Assembly: GCF_001194135.2 (NCBI RefSeq)
Contig: NC_068992.1
Span: forward strand, 61,957,405-62,021,404
Length of the DNA stretch: 64,000 bases
Reading direction: 5' to 3'
DNA from: Octopus bimaculoides
Taxonomy: Eukaryota
Made by a program: the position numbers and the translations under genes
Shown: piece after piece, positions 38,969-51,924 of the stretch
Numbering within the stretch: the stretch's first letter is position 1
Layout of the letters: the number at the start of each line of letters is the position of its first letter
The notes under the pieces: model-generated
Told to the model about the DNA's origin: nothing
Databases searched by the model: none
What the model saw: only the letters and a program-made list of their open reading frames with translations

Positions 38969-40167
38969 AAGGTAATACACGTGCACAGAAATACAGATAC
39001 GCCAATGAACAGACATAGAGATAAGCATACTAGCTACATGTGCGCATGTGCATAAATATGTATATGCATAAACATATACGTACATATATATATATACACA
39101 CACACTTATGTAAACACATATGCATTGATATACGCATATATTATGGACACACATGTATATATTCAAGTCATTAGTTAACTTTTGAGACACCCTGCTTATA
39201 CTTTTACGTTCTGGCATCTGTAAGCACACACGTTTATATATATTTATAAATAGAGGAGGCCTACACACAGTCTAATATATATATNNNNNNNNNNNNNNNN
39301 NNNNNNNNNNNNNNNNNNNNNNNNNNNNNNNNNNNNNNNNNNNNNNNNNNNNNNNNNNNNNNNNNNNNNNNNNNNNNNNNNNNNNNNNNNNNNNNNNNNN
39401 NNATATTTATATTTATAAATACATACATGCGTACATATATATGTATTATGCGTGTGTGTGTGTGTATCTCTCTATCTATCTACACACACACAGACTCTCT
39501 CCCTCTCACACACACACATATATAGAGTGAGAGGGAGCACAGGGTGATATCTGTTCTGACGTCAGAAGTAGGTAAAATCTGCTTAGTTGCAGGCAAGCAT
39601 GAAAGTTGAAAGAAAGACAAGTCTAAAACAAATGTATTTGAAGAGAAACACAGGACATGGATGCAATAACATCTGCAAGTGCACTGTGATATGCTACCGT
39701 CTATATCTGTACAATGATCAACACCAAGGCTGCAAAAGTGATCCAACTGCATCATATGTCGTTGTCATGTTGCATATCACTGGAAAAACAACAGTGCAAC
39801 ATATAAAAAGCTACACTTTTTATATGGTGGTATGAGTTTATATACGTATGTATGCGTGTGTATGTATGTATTTATATTTATATATGTATATGTACATCTG
39901 TCTGTCTGTCTCTTTCTGCTTGTCTCTCTGAGTATACACACACGCGCGCGTGCACGCACACACACATACACACGCACGCACACACACACACACGCACGCA
40001 CACACACACACACGCACGCACACACACACACACGCACGCACACATGTTCTTTTGATACAAACAGCAAAATTAGTATAACTCAAAACATAAGTTTATGTAA
40101 TAATAATAATAATAATGATAATAATAATGATAATAATAATAATAATAAATTATTATTATTATTATCA

Positions 40168-40340
40168 ATTGGCAGCGGGATCATTATCATGCCGGAGAAA
40201 ATGCTTAGCACCACGTTCCAAGTTCAAATGCTGCCGATGCCGAATTTGCCTTTCATCCATTCGAGGGTCAATAAAATAAATAGCATTTGATGTCGAGTGA
40301 TGTACTCGACTAGACCACTCGTTAAAAATGTCATGCCTTG
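40168..40340 (+). mobile_element. Degenerate SINE family A after (AAT)n/(TTA)n
   Basis: AAAATGCTTAGC..GTTCCAAGTTCAAAT..TTGCCTTTCATCC..CCTTGTGTCTCTAGTAGAAAGAA. Confidence 0.75.
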
Positions 40341-40550
40341 TGTCTCTAGTAGAAAGAATCATCAACTGGCAGAGATTAGTTCGATATCATTCACAAAATG
40401 CCGTCTCTATTATGATCTTTTTCATTCACTTACTCTATACTTTTTTTTATTTTATCATGCTACCTCTCCAATTCACCCCTTTCATTTTGGACCGTTATCA
40501 TCCTATTATCCTTCCCCCTTGTATGAATATACTTGTATGAAGAATCTGAG

Positions 40551-40591
<41 letters not shown>

Positions 40592-40856
40592 GTACATACA
40601 TATATACATACATACATACACACACATACATATATACATGCATATGTGCGTGTGTGTATAAGTGTATTTGTATATGCATATATATATCTATATATAAATA
40701 TATAATGATGTATATGTACATTCTTAACATGTTGACTTCGTTGAGACTTGATCTCACAACATAAAAAACCCGGAAAGAGTAAACCGCCATCTCATTGTAT
40801 CTCCTACTACATTATAGAAAATGTCGCTTCATTTTCGAGACTGTAGGAGTGTTTCT

Positions 40857-41112
40857 GAAGATTTGACTGCTATTTCTTGCCTGTGGAGATATGACAGAAA
40901 GGTTTCATTATCAGTTTTGACCTTCCATTTTTAGGCGGTGGGTGTAATTTGAAGAAAATTTACCTGCTGTTTCTATCCTGCAGAGATACGATATAACAGT
41001 TCTCTCATTAGCTTCATCCATCCAATTGATGTGATTTGAAGATATGACTGCTATTTCCAGCCTGTGGAGGCACCACATAGAAGTTCTGTCATCAGCTTCG
41101 ATGCATCGATAT
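40857..41112. repeat. Three-unit degenerate tandem repeat (94- and 87-bp periods)
   Basis: Units start GAAG at 40857, 40951 and 41038; shared CTGCT(A/G)TTTC..CCTG..GAG. Confidence 0.75.
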
Positions 41113-41208
41113 TAATGAGATGATCGATTATCGAAAGGCCAAGAATCTGGAAAGAGAATTGGTTAATTTTCGAGATTGTGTCATGGCGAAAATAAACCGG
41201 CTTATATT

Positions 41209-41295
41209 AAAATGGCGTCAGATGAGAACTTGGCAAACCGTCTCCCTGGCAACAACAAAACTACAAACTCTAAATTACACCGTTGTTATGGCAAC
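41209..41295. promoter_or_regulatory. Candidate regulatory cluster: YY1-like motif and two RFX X-box-like motifs
   Basis: AAAATGGCG 41209-41217; GTCTCCCTGGCAAC 41240-41253; GTTGTTATGGCAAC 41282-41295. Confidence 0.4.
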
Positions 41296-41668
41296 AGATA
41301 GAAGAAACCTAACACTGAACTGACCTAATTTGTGTTTTGATTGGAAGAACTTGCTTTCTTTTTGTTATTTTACATGACAGAAACAAGAGTCTTGAGTCCT
41401 TTTTAGCAACAACAAAAGCAACAATGCCGTATACGTCGGTGGTGATGACGACAACAACAAAAACAAGAGTAACAGCAGCAAATACAGTAAATATAACAGC
41501 AACAAAAACAACAGCCAGAAGAACACACACGCCATCTGTAGCAAAAGAAGAACAAGATGAACAGCGGCTGTATGAAAAGAGCATACAGTTGCAATTGTTG
41601 CGTCGATGTCGTCGTCGTCATCGTCCTCCTCATCATCATCATCGTCCTCGACATCGTCCTCGGCATCG

Positions 41669-41721
<53 letters not shown>

Positions 41722-41834
41722 GTTATTATCAATTGCAACGGCAACAGATGTACCAATTTGGAAAAACAGTAACAGCTACTACAAATCTACAAAAGCAACA
41801 ACTATGATAAACTATCTTTACTATAGGCACTAGG

Positions 41835-42000
41835 CTCGCGATGGTAAGGTCGTGAGTTCGATTCCCGGTGACGTGTTCTGTCCTTGAGCAAGACACTTTA
41901 TTTTACGATACTCCAGTGCACATAGCTGGAAACAATGAGTTGTACTTGTAAATCAAGTCAAAGGGGCCAGCCTTGTGGCATCTTGTTTCACATCCTATGT
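41835..42000 (+). mobile_element. SINE family B, partial
   Basis: GTGAGTTCGATTCCCGG..TGTCCTTGAGCAAGACACTTTATTT. Confidence 0.8.
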
Positions 42001-42128
42001 GATGCTGAATGTGTGTGTGTATATANNNNNNNNNNATATATATATATATATATATATATATATCTGTGTGTATGTATGTGTGTATATATATGTATATATG
42101 TATATATTTGTATGTATGTATATATATG

Positions 42129-42163
<35 letters not shown>

Positions 42164-42327
42164 GTATATGCATGTATATATATGTATATGTGTATGTATG
42201 TATATATGTATGTATATGTATATATGTGTATGCATGTATACATATGTCTGTTTATATATGTATATGTGTATGCATGTATATATATGTATATGTGTATATA
42301 TATATGTGTGTATGTATGTATGTATAT

Positions 42328-42405
<78 letters not shown>

Positions 42406-42993
42406 NNNNNNNNNNNNNNNNNNNNNNNNNNNNNNNNNNNNNNNNNNNNNNNNNNNNNNNNNNNNNNNNNNNNNNNNNNNNNNNNNNNNNNNNNNNNNNN
42501 NNNNNNNNNNNNNNNNNNNNNNNNNNNNNNNNNNNNNNNNNNNNNNNNNNNNNNNNNNNNNNNNNNNNNNNNNNNNNNNNNNNNNNNNNNNNNNNNNNNN
42601 NNNNNNNNNNNNNNNNNNNNNNNNNNNNNNNNNNNNNNNNNNNNNNNNNNNNNNNNNNNNNNNNNNNNNNNNNNNNNNNNNNNNNNNNNNNNNNNNNNNN
42701 NNNNNNNNNNNNNNNNNNNNNNNNNNNNNNNNNNNNNNNNNNNNNNNNNNNNNNNNNNNNNNNNNNNNNNNNNNNNNNNNNNNNNNNNNNNNNNNNNNNN
42801 NNNNNNNNNNNNNNNNNNNNNNNNNNNNNNNNNNNNNNNNNNNNNNNNNNNNNNNNNNNNNNNNNNNNNNNNNNNNNNNNNNNNNNNNNNNNNNNNNNNN
42901 NNNNNNNNNNNNNNNNNNNNNNNNNNNNNNNNNNNNNNNNNNNNNNNNNNNNNNNNNNNNNNNNNNNNNNNNNNNNNNNNNNNNNNNNNNTAT

Positions 42994-43185
42994 ATGGGTG
43001 CAGGACTTCACAAAACGTAAACAACATGAAATTCGAAAACACGAAATTCGAAATACGAAAAGCAATATGAAATATGGAGACAAACTTTTTTTGTGAACAA
43101 AGAGAGAAACAAATGGAAAACAAGACAAGTAACATAAAGAATGACTCTTCACCAGTTGTCGGCTGTTTATATACTCCACAAATCG
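42994..43185. mobile_element. Family F copy
   Basis: Homologous to 878-1065. Confidence 0.6.
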
Positions 43186-43434
43186 AGCAATTCACGACAA
43201 AGAGTCAAAGTTGGTAACAAAAACAGGACAATGAAACGAATATTGAGTGCTGCTAAGCCAGACGGGGTAAGGTGGCGAACGCTGAGGAACATTCTTTGAC
43301 AGAAGAAAAGATAGGAGAGAGACAAGAATACGTCTGGTCTGTGCAACATACCGGAAGAAAAGAAAGATGAACACGTGTGGAAAAAGAAAGGTGGACGATG
43401 GTCACGTGTGAGCAACGAGAGGGTAAAGGAGGGA

Positions 43435-43475
<41 letters not shown>

Positions 43476-43733
43476 ACAAATAGAAAATGGTGAAGGGGAG
43501 AAAAAAAGAATTAGAGAAAGGATGAAAGGGAAAGAAAAGAAACAAAGCGGAGAGAAGGGGAGGGTACAAAAATAGGTATACAGTAAGAATCACATCAATG
43601 TTATAATATTTCATTAGAATTATTAACACATTAAATTAGCCTCATCTTTGATATTTTTCAGTGTCGTTTTCGTTATAATATGAGTATTTTACGTGTTTTC
43701 TTTTATCATAACTGCATACCTACTTTTGCACTA

Positions 43734-43769
<36 letters not shown>

Positions 43770-43819
43770 NNNNNNNNNNTATATATATATATATACGCAC
43801 ACACACACAGAGGTATATC

Positions 43820-43882
<63 letters not shown>

Positions 43883-44741
43883 CCCATCCGTTTATCAGCG
43901 TTTATATATTTATCGCCCTAATAAACTCGCGCATGCGCACAGGCGCCTACATTCAAAACGGTGCCCCAGTCTAATGACTGAAACAAGAATTGAAGAATTG
44001 AATAAAGGAATACAGAATATATACGCTTTTCCATTTATGGGTAGATTGAACACCATGTAAAGAGAAACACACTTTGAGAGAAGGGGATAGAGGAACAGAG
44101 AAGGAGAAAGCGAGAAAGAGAAAAACAGAAGGAATGAAAAAGTGAGAGAAAGAGAAAGAAATAGTGAAAGAGATAGATTAATTGATAGATAGATAGATAA
44201 AGAGAGAGAGAGAGAGAGTGTGGATGAGAGTGAAAGAGAGTGAGTGGGTGAGAGAGCGAGCGAGCGAGAGAGAGAGAGAGAGAGAGAGATTAGCCAAAAG
44301 CAATGACTTTTTATTCTGAACTTATCCAAAAAGACATCTCTGTTCTTTTTTATATTCGCCATTTTTTTTTATCACTTTCACTTCTCAACCGATAAAATTA
44401 CAGCATTTCCGACATTTCGGATGGCGTGGTCCGATTGTGTATCAATATAGATAATGATCAGAGTTTAATAGCATGTTGAATAGTCTGGTGGCCCATTCTG
44501 GAGCTTGTTAACATTGAATGACTGATTAATGACTGTTTTATTTAGAAATATCAGATAGGCTATCATTCATGCATGCATTGACACATACGAGAGTTGAGGA
44601 AATGTAGCCTAGTTCTCAGTAAACAAGAGGGGTATTGGTTCGATCTACAGATTAGCTTAGATGGTATAATAATTCTGAGTCAAACAGACTCGGTAGGACA
44701 CAGTACAGTTCATATACAAAGTACAGGTCACACATACACAC

Positions 44742-44853
<112 letters not shown>

Positions 44854-44904
44854 TATCAGCTGTTGTTGGTCACATCGTTGGTCACAATGCGTTTTGCATC
44901 GTTT

Positions 44905-45070
44905 TATCTTTCGAATGATGCCACGCTCTTGACTAGGCGAGCAGGCCAACAGTCCCTCTGATCTATTCCGTCGCAGGGTTATCTATCAATAGCTGAGTGA
45001 AGTGAATGTGCTTTGCTCAAGAGCACAACGCACCGCACGGTCCAGAATCTAATCGTGGGAGCAACACGAC
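44905..45070 (-). mobile_element. Degenerate SINE B head and core
   Basis: ATAGCTGAGTGAA..GTGCTTTGCTCAAGAGCACAAC on plus. Confidence 0.6.
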
Positions 45071-45124
45071 TACACTCACAAGCGCCTTTACACAAACTGT
45101 ATGTATACATGCATCCTTTACTTG

Positions 45125-45319
45125 AATTAGCCCTTGGACTGCAGCCATGTTGGGGTGCCACCTTGAAGGGCCTAGTCATACAAATCGACACCAGTACTTG
45201 ACTTTTTAAGACTAATTCTATTGGTCTATATTAATGAGCCGCTAAGTGATGAGGACATCAACAGCCCGACACCGATTGAGAAGCGGTACCGGGGATAAAC
45301 ACAATCGCACACACACACA

Positions 45320-45373
<54 letters not shown>

Positions 45374-45510
45374 GGTGGGTGCCATAAGTGTCTGTCTACC
45401 AAATTCACGCACACAGCATTGGGACTGTAGAAGAAACTTACCAATAGTGGAACGCAGTGAGACTGAACTCAAAACCACGCTGTTGTGAACTTCTTAACCA
45501 CATCACTCAT
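45125..45510 (-). mobile_element. SINE family C with internal (CA)n(TA)n
   Basis: GACTGCAGCCATGTTGGGG..AAATCGAC..CCGCTAAGT..CTACCAAATTCAC..GAGACTGAACTC. Confidence 0.75.
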
Positions 45511-46371
45511 CTCTGTAACCCCACTCAAATATATATATATATATATATACATACATATATACATTTATATATACGTCTTCATCTCTCTATAATATATATG
45601 ATATAAATATATAGATGTATATGATATATATTAATATAAATATTGTATGTCTATGTACATAGATATGTACATACGTAATACATACATACGTACATGCACA
45701 CATTCACTTATACACACACATACAGATACACTCACACACTCTGGAGAATATTCCATTCAAAATCATTACAAAATGAAGTGCTATATGAAAAAGTTGAGCT
45801 GATGAACCGAAAGAGGAAACTCTGTCCATAGTGCTTCCAAACAGCGTCCATCACACAACTTTCTTCACCAGTTTTACTATTTATTTCCTGCTTTTGTTTC
45901 CTTATTCAATGAACAGTGGGAAGATCAACATATTTTCCATGCGCATTGTCCAACTATGTATAGAACAGCTGATGCGTGTATACTTACTTAAACAGATGCA
46001 TTTGTTATTATCTGAGATGTATGTAAATACATTCACATGTACACACACATACACACATCTGATCTTTTATGCATTGTGTAGATTCTTTCTTTTTGCATTC
46101 AGCACTTCCTTTCTTCTCTTCTTCCTTCTTTTTTTTTTCTTTCTCTGTTCGTTTGTTTCTTCCCTGTTCGTTTTTTCTCCCTAATTCAAAAACTGCTTTT
46201 TAAGGCTACACACAGATTCACAATCTCTGTAGATTTTACAGTGAATGAGTATTGGATATTTTGTTTGATGTTATTATATAGGGTTTTGGTTGTGTGGTCG
46301 TGGTGAGAGTACTAGAATATTTTGAAGAGTATAGGTCATTGTCAGGAAAACTGCTTTGTAATGCCAACTTC

Positions 46372-46670
46372 CTACCTACCTACCTACCGACCGACCGACC
46401 GACCGACCGACCGAACGACCGACCGACCGACCGACCGACCTGCCTACCTAACTTTCCACCCCCACAAGCAAATAGAGACCTATCTAACTACCAACCTACA
46501 TGTTTATATATACCTATCAATTCGTTTACCTACCAAGCTTTCTATCTACCTATCCGACAAACAACCCACCTATTAACACATTTCCTACCTACCTACCTAC
46601 CTACTTAGCGTTCAATCAATCAATCAATCAATCAATCAGTCAATCAATCAATCTATCTATCTATCTATTT
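46372..46670. repeat. Tetranucleotide series (CCTA)/(CCGA)/(CCTA)/(CAAT)/(CTAT)
   Basis: Direct inspection. Confidence 0.9.
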
Positions 46671-47249
46671 ATCTGTGCATTTATTTGAATGCCTATTTAA
46701 AGTTTTTACACATATACACACGTATATGCATATATNNNNNNNNNNNNNNNNNNNNNNNNNNNNNNNNNNNNNNNNNNNNNNNNNNNNNNNNNNNNNNNNN
46801 NNNNNNNNNNNNNNNNNNNNNNNNNNNNNNNNNNNNNNNNNNNNNNNNNNNNNNNNNNNNNNNNNNNNNNNNNNNNNNNNNNNNNNNNNNNNNNNNNNNN
46901 NNNNNNNNNNNNNNNNNNNNNNNNNNNNNNNNNNNNNNNNNNNNNNNNNNNNNNNNNNNNNNNNNNNNNNNNNNNNNNNNNNNNNNNNNNNNNNNNNNNN
47001 NNNNNNNNNNNNNNNNNNNNNNNNNNNNNNNNNNNNNNNNNNNNNNNNNNNNNNNNNNNNNNNNNNNNNNNNNNNNNNNNNNNNNNNNNNNNNNNNNNNN
47101 NNNNNNNNNNNNNNNNNNNNNNNNNNNNNNNNNNNNNNNNNNNNNNNNNNNNNNNNNNNNNNNNNNNNNNNNNNNNNNNNNNNNNNNNNNNNNNNNNNNN
47201 NNNNNNNNNNNNNNNNNNNNNNNNNNNNNNNNNNNNNNNNNNNNNNNNN

Positions 47250-47287
<38 letters not shown>

Positions 47288-47756
47288 CATATACACCCCC
47301 ACCATTTTAATAATATATAAAAAAAACACACTGTAACCAAAATGAATTAAAGAGGAAATTGTAAAGTTGCAATATCAACGGTTGGGTGCAGCGAATCAAT
47401 TGAACACATGGATTCCCGATAAAAGATGATTGTCAGAGAGGAAAATTTGATTCCAACACAACTCTTGTATGAAGTCAGAATTACATGGATGCATGCCAAT
47501 ACACACACACACATATATACATATATACGTACACACACACACGCACACACAAGCACACACATGAATATTCAACACCATGTTAGTGATTAAGGATATTTCC
47601 TTTTGGTCGTAGCCTGTAGCTACTCTGAGTTTCACTGTAGGTATACACGGCCTTCAAGATGAATAGAAGTGAGCAATATATATATATACAAATAGTATGT
47701 GAGTATATGCATATATACGTACATGTATGTACATACCTACATCTACATGTATATCT

Positions 47757-47880
47757 GGGTACAGGACGTCACAACAAAAACGTGGACAAAATGAAAAACA
47801 GAACATAAACAAAGCACGGAAAACAAACAGGCCCCATAGAGAACATTTCCTTCATCAGCTGCCCCTATTCTAAACTAAGC
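47757..47880. mobile_element. Family F copy
   Basis: GGGTACAGGACGTCACAAC...CTTCATCAGCTGCCC. Confidence 0.6.
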
Positions 47881-47896
47881 GTATATATATATATAT

Positions 47897-48215
47897 GGCA
47901 CTCCGTCGGTTACGACGACGACGAGGGTTCCCGTTAATCTGATCAACAGAACAGCCTGCTCGTGAAATTAACGTGCAACTGGCTGAGCATTCCGCAGACA
48001 CGTGTGCCCTTAACGTTGTTCTCGGGAAGATTCAGTGTGAAACAGGGTGTGACAAGACTGGACCTTTGGAATACAGGTACAACAGAAACAGGAAGAAAAA
48101 ATGAGAGAAAGTTGTAGTGAAAGAATACAGTAAGATTCAACCCCAAAGCCGGAGCCTCGTGGAGATTTAGATGCTTTTGCTCAATAAACACTCACAATAA
48201 AACCGCGATAATATA
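47897..48215 (-). mobile_element. SINE family B tail joined to a variant 5' part
   Basis: 47897-48080 matches 61785-61970; sequence diverges after AGGTACAAC. Confidence 0.75.
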
Positions 48216-49769
48216 AGAGCGTATAAAACATTTTTATACACAGAGAGGAGACCCTTGACAGGTCTCCTTACATGTTAGAAAGGGCAGTTNNNNNNNNNNN
48301 NNNNNNNNNNNNNNNNNNNNNNNNNNNNNNNNNNNNNNNNNNNNNNNNNNNNNNNNNNNNNNNNNNNNNNNNNNNNNNNNNNNNNNNNNNNNNNNNNNNN
48401 NNNNNNNNNNNNNNNNNNNNNNNNNNNNNNNNNNNNNNNNNNNNNNNNNNNNNNNNNNNNNNNNNNNNNNNNNNNNNNNNNNNNNNNNNNNNNNNNNNNN
48501 NNNNNNNNNNNNNNNNNNNNNNNNNNNNNNNNNNNNNNNNNNNNNNNNNNNNNNNNNNNNNNNNNNNNNNNNNNNNNNNNNNNNNNNNNNNNNNNNNNNN
48601 NNNNNNNNNNNNNNNNNNNNNNNNNNNNNNNNNNNNNNNNNNNNNNNNNNNNNNNNNNNATATATATGTATATATATGTATATATATATGTATACATGTG
48701 TGTATGTATGAATGTATATCCATATATGTATGTATTTTTGTGGTGCCAAAACATGAAAATGATCAATAGAGATCTGTTGAGAGTGCATCGAGTTTGGTAT
48801 TTGTTAATTTATGTGCATATCGTGGGCATTGTTTCTCAAAGCATATAAGTTTTAAAACGGATCAAAGTGCTACAAATTATGTCTAACAGAAAAACTCCAC
48901 AGTATCCGATACCCTAACCCAATCTTTAATAAAAAATAGCGAACTAACTTCGGCTTTCTTACACGTCCATAAATTTCTCCTCAAGAATTTCAAAGATCGT
49001 CTTGGAGCATGACAACAATCTGCCATCTACTGACAAATTCCGTTTACAATCATTCCAAATCTTTCAATCACCTTGATCACTCGGATGCTTATACGCACAC
49101 GTACACACACACATACATACGTGTGTGTGTGTGTATACATATATATGTGTATATATATGTATGTGTATGTATATGTATGTATGTGTTTATGTACGTATGT
49201 ACATATATATATGTATTTACATACATACATGCATTTATATATCTATCCATTTATATACATATACATACACACACACACACATATATATATGTATATACGT
49301 ATACATTTATACGTACATATGTGTGTATATGTCTGTGCGTGTGTGTGTCTCTTCGTGATCAAAATCAGAATACATGAATACATGTCGATGCAAATATCAC
49401 ATTAAAAATGGTGCCAATTTATAAAAGACATTCAAGAGAAAGGCAGCTACATATAAAAATGTAGATTGAATACTGAAGACAATAATATATACATAGCTAC
49501 ATATGTATATAAATATACACACATGCATGCATATAAATATATATGTATACACACACATACATAAATATATATAAATACACACACATGCATACATATATAC
49601 ACATTTACGTACACATAAATACATACATTGAGCAAGGAATCTAAGACAGTACGTATATAGCAAACAAATTAGATTCCATCAACTAATTGAAATACATAAC
49701 ACTATACTGTTGTTGTTGGTGGTTCTCCGTCACTTGACTATGAAGATTCAATTGTTCATTCAACAAATT

Positions 49770-50045
49770 AATCTGGACCTGAATTAATGTGTAAACGGTT
49801 GAGTATTCCATAGACGCATGCATCTTTAATTCTCAGGTAAAAGCAACCTGACACAGTATATGACAAGGCTGTAGCTTTTGAATTACAAGTACAATTCATT
49901 CGACGGGCTTCTTTACCGTTTCTTTCGACTCAGTTTCAGTCGTGAGACTATGATAAAAGAAATTTGCCCAAGATATCACTCTGTGTGGTTAAACATATAA
50001 TCTCGATGTTGCGATGCGAACAACTTCTTAACCATTGGCCACAAC
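49770..50045 (-). mobile_element. Degenerate SINE B segment fused to a SINE C head
   Basis: TTGAATTACAAGTACAATTCA then CGACGGGCTTCTTT..TTGCCCAAGAT. Confidence 0.6.
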
Positions 50046-50532
50046 ACATATACAATTATACATGCAATTATGCATGCATAAATACATACATGCAGACATA
50101 CATACATACTATATAAATCATACAGAGATACATTCATACTTGAATACGTATTGTGGATTCAAGCAATCCGATAGCACTTATTAAAAAAAAGCAAAAGCTC
50201 CTTAATGTATCATTGTACAAACCGTATAGAATTTTTATTAATATACAAGAGAACAGGCTAATAAAAGTAAAAAGTCACAAATGACAGAGAAATATTTTGA
50301 TGAACTTTTATTTAACAATAAGAAAACTCCTAATATCACGACAAATTGTTTCGTAACTCAAAAACATGTAAATAATTTACATTACCATATTTAATGATAA
50401 ATAAATTACTTGCATGTCAGCATTAATGCAAAATGCAAATAAAATCGTTCAAGGCGGTGCCCCAAAATGGCCGCAGTAAAATGACTGAAACAAGGCATCA
50501 GCCTTAGGGCTGAAACATATAAAAGAATATAA

Positions 50533-50569
<37 letters not shown>

Positions 50570-50930
50570 NNNNNNNNNNNNNNNNNNNNNNNNNNNNNNN
50601 NNNNNNNNNNNNNNNNNNNNNNNNNNNNNNNNNNNNNNNNNNNNNNNNNNNNNNNNNNNNNNNNNNNNNNNNNNNNNNNNNNNNNNNNNNNNNNNNNNNN
50701 NNNNNNNNNNNNNNNNNNNNNNNNNNNNNNNNNNNNNNNNNNNNNNNNNNNNNNNNNNNNNNNNNNNNNNNNNNNNNNNNNNNNNNNNNNNNNNNNNNNN
50801 NNNNNNNNNNNNNNNNNNNNNNNNNNNNNNNNNNNNNNNNNNNNNNNNNNNNNNNNNNNNNNNNNNNNNNNNNNNNNNNNNNNNNNNNNNNNNNNNNNNN
50901 NNNNNNNNNNNNNNNNNNNNNNNNNNNNNN

Positions 50931-50993
<63 letters not shown>

Positions 50994-51716
50994 TACACAT
51001 ATTTGCCACCAAGCATGTGGCCGGTCAAGATTAACTCTTAACTAAAAAACGAAAGAGAACATATACATACATTTGTGCATACATAAATGTATGTACTTTT
51101 TGAATTACAAGTACTATCCACGCTACCTGTACATTAGGATAAAAGATACAACTTTATAATACTGTACAGTACAAGATACTGCCAAACAGTGCCGCGCAGT
51201 AAACGTCTCTGAATTTGATGTTCCTGCTCGTAACTTAGTGTGGATTTATAAGAGGTTCCAGAACATCAGTGTCCTGAAAGTCGAGGTTGTATCCGTATAT
51301 TGATTTCTTCAAACAATATCTTAAATTCTATAGCTAAAAAGGATCTGTATAGATATATCAATATGTTTTCGTTAGATGAGTTGCTGACCTACTTTGACAG
51401 TGCATGTCAGAGTTTTCCATGTTTGCTGGTTAGAGTGTAGGTGTTTTGTGTCATTACTTCATTAGTTTCACGAAGGCATGTACAGAAATTGTCATTTGTA
51501 CCTTTATCATAATATTCATCAACTATTTTCGTTAATTATAAGCCTGTTTTTAGCTTTAGTTTTTGTCTAATATTTGTTGAGTTGGAAACCTGTGGTCATT
51601 TATCCCCCTTTGCAAGTGACACATCCATATCCTACTTGGTCGTTTTAAATGCGATCTGTGTAAAACAAAATAAACTTGTTTTTGCTTGTTTGATTGTGAT
51701 TTATTGGGGGGAAGTA

Positions 51717-51924
51717 ACATATTTTCTGGCATACAAGTCGAATTTTTCAGACTGAAATTTACAGTCAAAAATAGGTAGGTCGACTCATACACCAAGATGG
51801 CTTTGGAGGACCCAAAATTCCATATGAGATGCAGCAGGATTTAGAAAGATAGTGATGATGTTTGAATGCTTACACTACATGTTTACACTTTATACTACGT
51901 CGACTTGTATGCCGGAAAATATTG
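51717..51924. mobile_element. pogo/Tigger-type MITE, 208 bp
   Basis: 25-bp TIRs (22/25 match) ACATATTTTCTGGCATACAAGTCGA and TCGACTTGTATGCCGGAAAATATTG; TA on both flanks. Confidence 0.85.

Noticed and set aside
39587-39835. 82-aa non-repetitive ORF
   Set aside because: No recognisable motif or convincing splice sites; length compatible with chance
45790-45835. Hammerhead-like CTGATGA..GAAACTCTGTC
   Set aside because: Stems I and II do not pair adequately; expected by chance in 64 kb
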